This document shows positions 1 to 12,088 of a DNA stretch of 64,000 nt, in pieces. The stretch lies in contig OZ316892.1 of NCBI GenBank assembly GCA_973895155.1, forward strand, positions 6,555,251 to 6,619,250. Reading direction: 5' to 3'. Positions within the stretch are counted from its first letter, which is position 1. Each line of letters begins with the position of its first letter. The notes under the pieces were generated by a model that worked only from the letters and a program-made list of their open reading frames with translations, had not been told where the DNA came from and ran no database searches. Source of the stretch: Marsupella aquatica (Eukaryota > Plantae > Marchantiophyta). The position numbers and the translations under genes are program-made.

Positions 1-325
1 CCATCGGATTCCATGTCCGTTGCTTTCAGAAACGGACCACTTCCGATCACAAATCCTCCGCACATTATTTTCGTTGCAATACCCATCGGATATATGAAAA
101 TATTTTTTGTTGGAGGGGTCCGATGTAATGTGTTACGGATACGATTCGTTGGGTTCCGCATCGGAGACGTTTCCGTAGCTGTTATTATCGGATATAACAA
201 TGTCCGAACCCGAGAGTATGGCATATTGCGATGCGCTGAGTATGGGATGGTCCGATGTTCCAAGTATGGGATGCGGATTCTTCGCAAAAATGGAGCATCG
301 GAAGTGAGCATAATATGTAGTAGTG
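1..325. mobile_element. Terminus of a CACTA (En/Spm) DNA transposon: TIR plus subterminal repeats
   Basis: Ends ...taatatgtagTAGTG at 325 (reverse complement CACTACTACATATTATG...). The preceding 300 bp are dense in direct and inverted TCCGAT/ATCGGA motifs typical of CACTA subterminal repeats. The rest of the element lies outside the window. Confidence 0.7.
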
Positions 326-1650
326 GTTCATGACTGTTGGTAGTGACTGTGGTGTATTATTTGAAGATAATACACCACAGGTGAGAGAAACTCGAAATTC
401 TGGAGGAAGTTCTTGATGCTTGAAAGGGAAAGGAGTTCAAAAGAAAGGGTGTAGCCAGGACTCTAGTGCCCTCCCCAACCCAAAGAGGCCACGAGGTGTG
501 GCAGTCAATGTGGCCACAATACCTGACAGTCCTAAATATGTGTGATGGATAGGACGAGTACAATGCATTCAGAGGAGGTATAATGGGAAAGTTGGTAGAA
601 CAAGAGAAGCTGTGGATTTGCTTGATAGGCCTGGTGCTGATCAGGGAGTGAAAGTTCGATTTGATTGGTTTTCACGGGTGGGAAATAGCAGGCTAAAATT
701 TGCGTACAATGTCTCCGATCCTGACTGGATTGACTTGGACTGTGTCATATCAGCAGTCACTTTATCAGTGAATCCTGGTTGTCCAAACGTCTTCCACCTG
801 GATCAGGCAGATGCAGTTGTTCTGGATGATTTTGTCCAGACCCAAAAATGATTTGGGTAAGCTCTAAAATTGTTTTCTGATGAATGATATTCATTGATTG
901 CAGGGCAATCGAGTTGATGTACAAGCGAGTACGTACTGTAGCTATCTATGGTCTTCAATTCATATGCATGTGGAGAGGTTATAAATAGCATTTCATGTAC
1001 ATCTTTATGCCACAAGCAAAATGTAGTCTCCCCTAATTTGCATGTTCTGATGAGGGTTACTTGGCTTGCCTCAGGTGTCTTTGTTTGATTGTGTTCTGTA
1101 ACCTGGCCTGCAACAGACCGGGCAACAGACCCGACAACAATATGGTGTGTTCTAGACCCGGTTCTGAGGGAGCACAGTGAAACATCGAATATATGGATTG
1201 GATGTACCAATGCCCAAGCGGGGGCTGAAGCATGACCCCACTCCACGAAGAGAAATGTTGCCGAGGAGTGGGCCTAGTAGGAACGGGAGTAGGAAAGCTG
1301 GAGAGGGGGCTGGAGAGGGGGCTGGAGAGACTAGGAAGCCCGCTAGAAAGTTTCCTATTGTGATGTTAGCTAATGAAACAATCTGTCCCTCTAATTTCAA
1401 GGCGGACAGCGGTGAAGCCCAATGGATTTGCAGTGAGTGTGGTGATGAAAGTCTTTGTAATATTTGCTCTCAGTTTGCAGAAGTGAATGCTCCCATCCCA
1501 TATGGATGGAGCAACATTAAGAATCTGTGGCCCAGTAGGATGCCCGGTAGGATGTCTGGCACATTAGAGGCAGGAGTAGTGTTTGACTTCTCTGCCCTGT
1601 TAAGTGGAATACCGTGTGCAATGTCACCTCTAGCTGTTAGTGTCTTGTAG
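326..1650 (+). pseudogene. Degenerate ORF remnants, probably transposon-derived
   Basis: Broken coding-like frames: 612-851 (VRFDWF...WIDLDCVISAV) and 1177-1650 with CxxC-x5-CxxC (CSEC...CNIC). They abut the CACTA end. No family assignment possible by eye. Confidence 0.25.
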
Positions 1651-3009
1651 TGAGATTTCACTGGAATCGTTTGGAGAACTTTGATATGTAATCTAGTATA
1701 AATTAGCTGTCTAGTGACTTGTGTGCTAAAGTCCCAATGACTTTCACACATTGCCAAAAATTATATGGCAATATATTTGTTTAGTGTAAGTGCCATTAAC
1801 TGGCAGATCAAATAAAATGTGCACTCAGTATTGGATGTTTCACAAACTATTTTTTTTATAACAAATGAAGGGTATTTTAAATCCCAAAAATATGTGTGAT
1901 TATAATAACATAGGTAAATTTTATATAGGATTGAAAATTCTCTTTAGAACAAACAAGATATATTTTAATCTTCTTCCAAAATATAACTAGGGGTGCCTAG
2001 GGGACCTTCGGTCACAGGTATGTCTCATTACATTCCCTTTAGTGAGGGCCCAGGGCAATGTCTAAACTGACTTGGGTAATATCTTCTAAAATTAATGTAC
2101 TGTGACTGCAATTGGACTTGTCCCGGGACTTGTAAACAGGCTTCGTTGTGACTGTTTGCATCCGGGTTCAACTAGTTTACTGGGTAGTAAATCATTACTA
2201 ATGCTTAAATGTACTGATCAAGGCATTCTACCACAAAAGTGAAACTTACATCATAATCCCCAAAAGAAATCATTAATTGATCACTCATGTCCAAACCACG
2301 TAAGGTGTAAGCCCTTGAAAATTTATGCGTCATTCACAAAAGTGGTGGTTCTCCACTCATGCCCAAACTACAGTTTGGAGTGTGTTGGCAATTGGTTTAT
2401 ATGTTTGACCATTTTTAAGCTTGTAAAAAATGGAGAAAATAATGTTAAAACATCTCATTATTTGTGAGGGACGAGTCTTGCATAAATTGGGTTGAACAGA
2501 GCTCCTAGAATTTTCTAATAAATGCACAAATATATCTAAAACCACTCAGATCCATAAAGTTTGCCAAAAAACAATAAATTGGTTGGGCCGGGTGGCTGGT
2601 GAAACATACTTGTGTGCCAAAAATTTGTCAAAAGTAAATCATCCATCCAAAAGCAAATGATCATAAACCAGTATAACTAATGAGAGATGACTTTAGGGAG
2701 TCCATGGTCAATCGCTTTGTCCATCCCAGCTCTGCATTCATTCATTGTAGCAATAGCCTGAATTATTCATTCCTGGTCAGTATTGCCTTAGGGAGAGGGG
2801 TTGGTCCCGTCACCAGGTTGGGTGATTGGATTCCAGGTTGGGTGATTGGGTTGTACGTGTTAGGTTTCTTCGTTTCACACTATATATGTCTCAAGCAGAC
2901 CTAAGCACACACTTTCTTCGTCAGTCTCTCCTTGATTGAATTGCGAAAGAAGATTTGAGTCGGTGCTGACTTTGGAGAGTGAAGAAACCAGGATTTTATG
3001 CGTAAGCAT

Positions 3010-3196
3010 TTCGCTGTACCTGCACTTATTCGTTTTCTTCGTTTTCTCTGGAGAGCGTTTATTCACTCGTAACTGAGCTCATTGTATTTGCCGTCCAGCA
3101 GCATTCCGCTGTACCTGCACTTATTCGTTTCTTCGTTTTCTCAAGAGCGTTGATTCACTCGTAACTGAGCTCATTGCATTTGCCGTGCAGCAGCAA
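3010..3196 (+). repeat. ~95-bp tandem duplication in the AnPRT 5' region
   Basis: cgctgtacctgcacttattcg...gagctcattg(t/c)atttgccgt(c/g)cagcagca occurs twice. Copy 2 runs into the ATG (gcagcaATG); copy 1 reads gcagcattc. Confidence 0.85.
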
Positions 3197-6100
3197 TGAC
3201 AAGTTTAGCTCAAGGCCTCGCTATGTGGGCTGTATCTGCTCCCGTTGCATTGCAACAGGGTCATCGTCGTCGCTCGATTTCCTCCCTTCGCCTCAGCGTG
3301 AAGTCTCCCGCCGCAGTGGACTGGGCTGGAAGCTGGAAGGCCCGGCTGACCAAGATTGGGGCTGCCAAGTTGCATACTACGTTTGCATCACTCGCCTCCT
3401 CGACTAATGATCCCGATGCTCCTGCAAGACTGTCTGTTCCCCAGGTACTGTTTAACTAACTCACCTTTAAATTTACTGTTGAATTGAAATTTGACGGGTA
3501 TCGGAACGAACTGAATCATTGGCAAACTGGCAGCGCACCGTTCTAACGGAGAAGGGATCGAAGGGATTGAAAGTAGCAAAAAATTTGCATCGCGACATAG
3601 TCTGCATCTCATCGGGTTGAGTTAGAATCATTAGAGGACCCGAGGTTTCTCGGTAGAATGGCAGTAGTCTGGAGGGTTCAGCTGTGAGTTACTTTTGCGC
3701 TGTTGGGCGAATTCATTGGATTTCACACAGTTCATGAGTGATATAGTCAGTTGTAATCCCTGTAGAAGTAGGTCATGACAGCTGCTTTTGCGGTCTGGAG
3801 GCGACTTCGGTGGACCCTTCAGGAGCGGGTCTTTTAGGCAATTGTAATTCTGTAGGAGCTAGTGGGTTTTCACAGTATGTCGACCGAATCTTATTCCAGA
3901 TGGGTAGGACGCGAATTACTTTATTTAACTAGACTTTTGATCTAAGAGAAGAATCCAATCCAACATAAGCATGACTTGTTGATGGTGATCCACGGCGGCA
4001 AAACAGGTACTCGAGCAATTGCTCGATAAGACAGACTTAACGCAGAAGCAGTCAGAAGTCTTTATGGACGACTTACTCTCTGATGCTGACACGGCTCAAA
4101 TCAGTGCTTTCCTCGCACTTCTCCGAACTAAGGGGGAGACTACGGAAGAGGTTTGTTTCTGTTGCCTGTGATTCACTCTCATTTCGGGTTTGTTTCTGTT
4201 GCCTGTGATTCACTCTCATTTCGTGTCGTTCACGATCGACGAAACGAAAGTACAAATAACCAATTCTCAGATCAAAGAGTCTACCGCACATCCGCAGGTG
4301 CTACTGTAGCCCCATTTGATTGCCACACCGCCTCTCGTCAATCCAACGCAGCCCTTTCATGTCCGTTCCCGTGGGTGTATGTGTCAGTTGATGTGTAGGC
4401 GGGGAAGATCATTTTGATGTGAGCTCTTTTTAATTGCCCGAGTAGCAACCTGCGGTACTTTCACTAGCTGCAGTTGGGCAGCGTCTCGATCAGATTTGAA
4501 AATTCACTGGAATTCTTATGCTTTGTGCACCTATATATATATATACGTACTATGACTACGTACTGTTCAGATCACAGGCCTTGCGAAAGCAATGCTCAGA
4601 CGCTGCATTCCTGTCGATGGAGTGATCGGAGGTTTAGATATTGTAGGAACTGGAGGAGATAGAATCAACACTGTCAATATCTCAACTGGATCTGCTATCC
4701 TTGCTGCTGCTTCGGGTGCAACAGTTGCCAAGGTAATTAATTACTCTTTGCCTGACGATCTATCCTTCTCGTTTGGCAAACTCTCGTGTGAAATTTTGTA
4801 GCACCAAGTTTAGAGGAGATCCATCTCGCGCGCGTGTAAGGCATATTTAATACGTGGAAGGTTTTCTGCTGTTGTGCTTTTGCTCGTACTGAAGGGCTTT
4901 TATGTGTGGACTTAACTGTCATTGGCGCAGCATGGCTCTCGCTCCAGTTCCTCGGCATGTGGGAGTGCCGATGTCTTGGAAGAACTCGGAGTGGCGATCG
5001 ATCTGGGCCATGAGGTTCTCTTGAACGCAATCTCTTGCTAAGTACATTTTGCTTTTTTGACGGCATAAGTTATGTTCTGATCTTAGAATTCAAGCTTTGC
5101 AATTGCTCGATCTCAAGCTAGCATGGATCGATCACTCTTAATAATTTCGTCCACTCCTTGATCACCTACTTAAATTCAAAAATTCAATTCATATATGTAG
5201 ACAAATGCTAGGATCGATGTTATTAATGTTTGTGGAATGTTGATTCAACCAACAGCGAGGTTTGTCATTTACTCCGGATAGAACTTCGTAGAGAGTACGA
5301 TCTTTAATTTCTTTCCCATCTCACAGCAGATAACTTTCTTTTCATGCTGGCTAATTGGCACTAACTATTTTTTACGACGATTTTTCTGAGCAGGGAGTGA
5401 GTCAATGTGTAAACGAGCTTGGGATTGGTTTCATGCTAGGGGCCAACTATCACCCAGCCATGAACGCAGTTGTGCCTGTCAAAAGTTCCATTAAGATACA
5501 GACAGCTTTCGATTTCTTGGGGCCAATGCTTAATCCGGCAAAGGTGCCGTATGCGATTGTGGGTGTCTACAGCAAAGACCTTGTAAGTGAAACTATTTGT
5601 TTGGTTAGCTTAAGCTACGTATGGCTGCAGTGCTACTGTATCTATATTAGGAAAGTACAGCTAGTCATTAATTGGTTCTGGATTCGTTCACTGCGCACGT
5701 ACCCGTGTTAGCGGTTGGTGATCGAAAGATAATATTCTCTAGAAAATTTCATTAAAGCTATTTCTCGGTTGTGTATGACTCAGGTAGAGAGAATGGCCAG
5801 TATTCTCCAACAATTTGGGCTTCAGAGAGCGCTTGTTGTGCATTCAGAAGGCTTAGATGAGATGAGCCCCATTGGTAAATTCACTGCTACAACATGCACT
5901 AATTAAGTCGTTGGAGTTATAAGGCTCTTGATTTTTCTAAATTAGATAGTCTATGACAATTCTTCTGCTGAATGGATGTACTGACAGGCTTAGATGAGAT
6001 GAGCCCTATCGCTAAATACATCGCTCCAAGAGTGATCTTTAGAATTTGTAAGGCTCTTCATCAGTTTTTAGTTGACATGTGCTGATTGGATGTACAGGTG

Positions 6101-7221
6101 GTGGATTCGTGCTGGAAGTCACGCCCAGCAAAATTCAGCAATTTAAGTTTGACCCTTGTATGTTCTAGCTGTTTTCTCTCCGATAATAATTTATACTCCA
6201 CTTGAAGAAGCGAGAAGATTTTATATTAAAATTTATGTTGTTCTTTGGATCAGAAATAGCAGCATGCATGGAATGCTTCCTCAAAATGATATATTACGTA
6301 CCCAATGAATGTTTAATCACAATTTGTTTTGGTGTCAATCATGTCAGTGGATTTTGGGATCCCTCGCTGTACCATCAATGATCTGAAAGGAGGAGACTCG
6401 ACCCTAAATGCCAAGATTCTTCGGGATGTTCTTGCTGGAGAAGAGGGTCATGTTGCAAATGCTTTGGTATGTTCCTTCTCCAAGCCTTTTTCGGGTCCTT
6501 CTTCTCTGTCCCAGTCATTTTTTACTGCCCTCTACCATGAACACAGTGTTATAATAAATCATCATAAATTTAGAATTTGGTGGATTGTATCGTTCTTTAC
6601 CCTTGCAATTGGTCCATTTTTGAACTTTAATGGTTTGTCATATACCCAGTCATATAAACATATCGTGATTACCGTTCTGTTGGTTATGTGGTAGATATTG
6701 AATGCTGGAGCGGGACTAATGGCTTGTGGGGTAGCCACCAGCTTGCAAGATGGGGTAGCACTGGCTAGAGAAGTCCAGCGTTCTGGAAAAGCCAATGACT
6801 TGCTGGATGCGTGGATCTTGCTCTCAAAGGTAGATTTCGAGTCTTACCAGTCACCTTTCCTTCATTATTAGTCATGTAGAGGGTATTAACAATCGTTGTT
6901 TCCTGATATACTAATGATGTGATTCTAGAGTTCTAGTGGACTAGGAGAAAATTTAGGAGTAAGTTTGACCTTCAAAATCTGTTTGATTGAAGGATCTGTA
7001 CTTCAAAATCTTATGTCCAAAGTGTTGTGATCGAATTTAAAACTGATCAGCAGGAGCATGCATCCAAGTCCAAGATCACTATATATTTTGTTCGTATCTC
7101 ATTATTGACCAATTATATAGCTAGGTAGAACATGTATTTGTGGATCAAAGGTCGTCGATCACAATCCTGTTGTCATGTGCAGAAACTGTACCGGAGGGAG
7201 TTGATTCAGTCTATGGTTTGA
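3196..7221 (+). CDS. trpD: Anthranilate phosphoribosyltransferase-like protein (TrpD/PAT1 family), plastid-targeted, 10 exons
   Basis: GT-AG exons ~3196-3444, 4007-4150, 4571-4732, 4931-5014, 5394-5582, 5784-5874, 6098-6157, 6348-6466, 6695-6829 and 7183-7221 join in frame. Motifs [73 protein letters not shown]. Ser/Ala/Arg-rich N-terminus resembles a transit peptide. Confidence 0.92.
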
Positions 7222-8255
7222 GACTTATGAGCGATTTGAGGCCAGCCAAATAATACGTTTCGGGGAGACTTGTCTCCTGTAGCTAGCTAGGGACGTACAG
7301 GCATCAAATCTGTCAAAGAACATGAACAATGCACATTGGAGCTTGAATTAGATTTAGGGTGGCGATTCAGAAACAGCAAGTGTGAAGTTACCTGATAACA
7401 TTCGGACCAACGACTATGAACAAAATAATTAATTAGGTTCTGGTTCGCGCGTAGCCACAACCTTGAACTTCACGACAGCTGAAGTGATGAATTTTGTGTA
7501 AAGTTTTCTTGCTGCCGAAAGTTCAATTCAATTTTGCTGTCCATTTATTCAATTGTGAATTATGAGGATTATGCAAGGTTTGGCACTCAATCGCCGTACA
7601 TAATGGTGCGCGCTGAGATACAGCCCCGGAGTGATTCAGTATGAGAGAAAAAGAACGTCAGCCCAAAAGCCTCTCTGATAGGCTTGTTTATTGTATGCAA
7701 GGAAATGTTAGAACTCCACCATAGCAAAATCATTCCTCCTCCCCTCCTTTTTCAAAAAGAATCATTCAATCAGTTACATAAACATGGGTGAAAGCAATTA
7801 ACTCAGAAGTTTGCAAGCAATAAAGCCTACTGTAATGCTAGGATGTACCACTCTGGCCCATGAGCCTAAGAAAGCCAAATAATACCCCCAAGACAGGAAA
7901 TACTTTAGCACTTTTCTTTCAAGGAAAATATTGGTCAGAATAATTGGAAAACTTGCTTCAATCAACAAACTATGGCCAGATTTCTCAATGACAAAGTTGG
8001 TACAATTGGAACCAGTTATACCTTTGACTTTAGTTTACACAATTCAGGTATACTACTCAAACACATTAAGCAAACTAGAGAAATTAATTCTTAAGTTAAG
8101 GTCCTCTTTGTCACTGACCAAAGATTGTGATTTTAAGTGGGCTTGCAAGAAAGATTTTTCTCTTTCTTGGGCACACACCTCCTTCCCCCAAAACTGAAAA
8201 TTACAGACCTTGGCGCATCTACACATATTTTGCTCTTTCCTTGGGCACACGTGTC

Positions 8256-8736
8256 CTCGGGTACGCAACTCTTGTATAATAAGCAGGGGTCTACATTTTC
8301 ATATGGACTAAAAAGTTGGCTATAAGAGAAATTAAAATTTCAAAAAACTTGGTTTTTCCACTTTTAAAAAGTTGAAGTCATATCAAAGGTTTGGTTTTCT
8401 TATTTTTCCACATCAAATTCAAAAATATTCCTAAACTTGTTTTATTTTTTATTAAAATATGTTTAGAATTTTAATAAAAATACCCAAAAGCTGGCTAGTT
8501 TGGCTGTAGACCCATGTATTAAAAAAATCCATATAATTTGGTTTTGATTAGATTTTTCCATCATTATCAAAACAAGTTCAAGTCTTTTTTAAAGATATAT
8601 ACATCTTTGGATTCCTTGAGTTGAGAGGTATAAGATTTGAGTAGACTAAAATGAAATTTCACATGGTGAATTGGATATAACGTCATTATAAGAAATTATA
8701 AACTTGCCTTATAAAAAGGGGAGTTGCATATCTGGG
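8256..8736. mobile_element. Non-autonomous TIR element (MITE), copy 1
   Basis: Imperfect 16-bp TIRs ctcgggtacgcaactc / gagttgcatatctggg. 8-bp flanks cacgtgtc / cacatgtc (7/8 match, putative TSD). AT-rich interior is homologous to 48871-50522. Confidence 0.75.
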
Positions 8737-8769
8737 CACATGTCTTGCCTTGAAAACTCAAAAACAGTA

Positions 8770-9800
8770 TCTTTTTCACAACTACATCTTTTATGCAACA
8801 ATATTTTTCACAATGACAACAACAATATATTTTTTGCAATGACATTTTTTTAACAACATCAATGATATCGTTCCCGTGTACATTTACACACCAACATATT
8901 TATGCATCTACATATTTTATGCCGATACCATACTTTATGTAACACTTTGAAAATAATATATTTTATACAATGACATTTTTTCATGCAAACAAAATCTTTT
9001 TTGTGCAACAACATCTATCAACATACTTGTAACATCTATTTTGCAAATATATGACATCTTTTACACAACATTTGACATTTTCTTGCAAACAAAATCTTTT
9101 GCTCAGTAACAACTTTTGTGCAAGACATCATCTTTTACACAATGACATATTCTCTACAACCCAAACATCTTTTACAAAACATCTTTTCTGGAGTGACATT
9201 TTTTACACAACAATGTATTGTGGGCAATGTCATCTTTTTGGCAAATAACATATATATTTTATGCAACATCTTTTTTGCAGCATTATCTTTTTCGCAAATG
9301 GCACCTTTTGTGTAATGTCATCTCTTCTGCAGACAACATCTTTTCCACAACAATATGTTCTACACAGTGACCTTTTTCCACGTACATACACATTTTTTTT
9401 GCATATGACATCTTTTACATATTAACATTTTCTGTGCAACATCTTTTGTGTAACACAGAGACATTGAGTTGTCTTTCACATAATGACATTGTTTTTGTTA
9501 ATGACATCTTCGCTGACACTACATCTTTTTTGTTTTAACAACATATATCTTGCCTGGGCGACACAACATCTTTTTTTTGTAACCACATCTTGGGTGACAC
9601 GACATATTTTTTCTTAACTACATCTTGGGTCACACATGACACGACATCTTTTTTGTTTTAACAACATATATCTTTCCTGGGTGACACAACATCTTTTTTT
9701 GTAACCACATCTTGGGCGACATGACATCTTTTTGCTTAATTACATCTTGGGTCACACGTAATCTTCTTCTTTTTTCACAACATCTTCTTTCTTAAGTACA
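8770..9800. repeat. Degenerate low-complexity array of (RACATCTTTT)-type units
   Basis: Dozens of acatcttttt/gacatttttt units with an internal ~123-bp duplication (9521-9758). A similar array lies at 52140-52750. Confidence 0.7.
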
Positions 9801-11014
9801 TTTGTGCCCACAGGTATTGAACTAGCTACTACACTTATAATAATAGTATTCACCAATTTGTTGCAATTCAAAATTTATTAAGTTTAATTTGTGCCCTGTG
9901 CACAGACAGACTGGCAGTTTATTGGTACTTAGGGAATCAATGGAACCACATAGCCGGCCACCCAGGTGCAATAAAGCACACCACATCCTATTTGCCAAAA
10001 ATTCTAGCACTCCAACTCCATCAACTTTGAAACCTTGTCTTGCCGGAGAAGAGAGGCAAACTCGTTTAATCTAACGGTTGGGATCAGTTACATCTAAGGT
10101 GTCAGATAAGAAAAAAGCCCTTTAGGTTATGGCTTGACAGTAACTTGTCATGTACTCCTTATAAGGGGGATTATGACTCATCCTGTACTCCTCAAATGGT
10201 GCCTAAGTATATAAGAGACTGAGAGACTGTAGGCAACACTGCCTGACTCATTCATCAATCTTTCTGGAGCTTGTCGACATCGATCTATAATGTTACCGTG
10301 GAGATCTTGAAGGCTAAAAATGCGACTATAGCTGATGCGAGTCACAATTCTGGTGGAGATCAGGCTGACGATGCAACTATAGCTGATGCGAGTCATAATT
10401 CTGGTCATGACGGCCGTGAATGAACGAGGAAGGTGAATGAGACTCTACAGGGGATTGGGATTCAGTTAGATCGAGGCGTGAGTGAGGTTGCCAACATCCC
10501 ACTAAGTTTTGATAGCTAGTAGAAGCGGAGCTAAGCAGAGGGTCATTGATGGAATTCTCTGAATTTCTATGGTAAGGGAACTCCAGACATCCCAATGGTT
10601 GGAAGATAGAAGCTAGCGGAGGCAAGCATAGAATCATTGTAGAGGGTAGTTGAATCCAATCCATTGCTAGGTAACAAGCACATGCATGCAAGCTGAGTAA
10701 CCCAGATCAACTCCTTCCAACTAACAAGAAGCACTGCGTGACTCGTTGTTGGACCTGTCTAGCTGGAAGCAGCCTCGATCACCATGAACGATCATGTAGT
10801 GGTAGACATCTTAATTTGAGTTTCAAACTGGCACGATAGAGAATATATGCCTCAGCTAGACAAATTGTAGTAGTGAAAGGGACAAAGGTACTCAGGTGGT
10901 TGAGACTCTACAACAGGTTAAATTGGTGATGCTGGAAATGAGAAGGGAACATCGGTTAGAGGTGTGAGCGAAGGTACTAACATCCCTGCAGTTCTGGAAG
11001 GTGGAAGCTGAGAA

Positions 11015-12088
11015 ATGTTGGGGGTCGTCGACACAATTTTAAGCATGGATAAGAAGCATACAGAGCAGGAGGAGATTGAAACATTGGACCACACTTCTTT
11101 GACAGAGGAGAGAGGATCATTTGTACTCGCAACACCAGTGGTCACGACTGGAGCAGCAGCAAGAGATTTGGCAGCAACAGCGGAGGTAGGTAGAACAATG
11201 CTAGAAGTTCCAAGTTCAGGTTTTCAACAAGATTCCCCAAGCTTAGAAAACCATCTCCAAAAGAGAAAAGTGTGTACTGAGGCTGTAAGAGAAGAAGGTC
11301 CTGCAGGCAGTGCTCCTGGTGATCGTCATGAGCATGATGGAGCCCAGCATCTATGTGCTCCTGGTGATTGTCATGAGCATGATGGAGCCCAGCATCTATG
11401 CCGTATTTGCCACATGAGTGCAAGTTTAAAGTGTGACCAGGAAGAGGGAAATGCTTCTGCGGAGGTAATCTTCCAAGAAGGTGCTGCTGATGGTGCTCCA
11501 GATGATCGTCACCACCATGATGGAGAAGAGCATTTGTGCCTTACTTGCCACAGCAGTGCAGGTTTAGAGCAAGATCTCGAGGAGGTAAACTTGTCTACAG
11601 AGGCAGCATTAGCAGAAGATGCTGCTGACGCTGCTTCTGATAATCATCACGAGCACGATGAAGACGAGGATCTATGCCGTATTTGCCACATGAGCGCCCC
11701 AAGCTTTGTCATCAACTTGCAATGTGCCTGCAAAGGAGACTTGGGTCTAGCCCACATAGTGTGCGCAATGACTTGGTTCCACTCCAGAGACAGCTGGGAA
11801 TGCGAAATTTGTGGCCAGACACCACAGAACAGGCATATCCAAGCTCTACAGCAAAATCCTGCCCTTATTAATGCCATTCTTGTCGATGGCAACGTCGATC
11901 GGCAGAGCAGGATACAGATGATCTTGGACAGTACCAACAGGCTGCTCCGAAGTATCTTCGACACCGTATGTCGTGCCTGCCTACACATGGGGCGACAGAT
12001 CTTCAAGCTCGTCCGCCACAATCCCTGCAAATTGCTAACAGTTATCATTTTGATAGTTTTGGCATTTTTGATATTCTACTACACTTAG
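11015..12088 (+). CDS. RING-CH (RINGv/MARCH-type C4HC3) E3 ubiquitin ligase with C-terminal transmembrane anchor, single exon
   Basis: 357-aa ORF containing CRICH...CACKGDLGLAHIVCAMTWF...CEICG and a hydrophobic C-terminus LLTVIILIVLAFLIFYY. Confidence 0.85.
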   Translation: MLGVVDTILSMDKKHTEQEEIETLDHTSLTEERGSFVLATPVVTTGAAARDLAATAEVGRTMLEVPSSGFQQDSPSLENHLQKRKVCTEAVREEGPAGSAPGDRHEHDGAQHLCAPGDCHEHDGAQHLCRICHMSASLKCDQEEGNASAEVIFQEGAADGAPDDRHHHDGEEHLCLTCHSSAGLEQDLEEVNLSTEAALAEDAADAASDNHHEHDEDEDLCRICHMSAPSFVINLQCACKGDLGLAHIVCAMTWFHSRDSWECEICGQTPQNRHIQALQQNPALINAILVDGNVDRQSRIQMILDSTNRLLRSIFDTVCRACLHMGRQIFKLVRHNPCKLLTVIILIVLAFLIFYYT

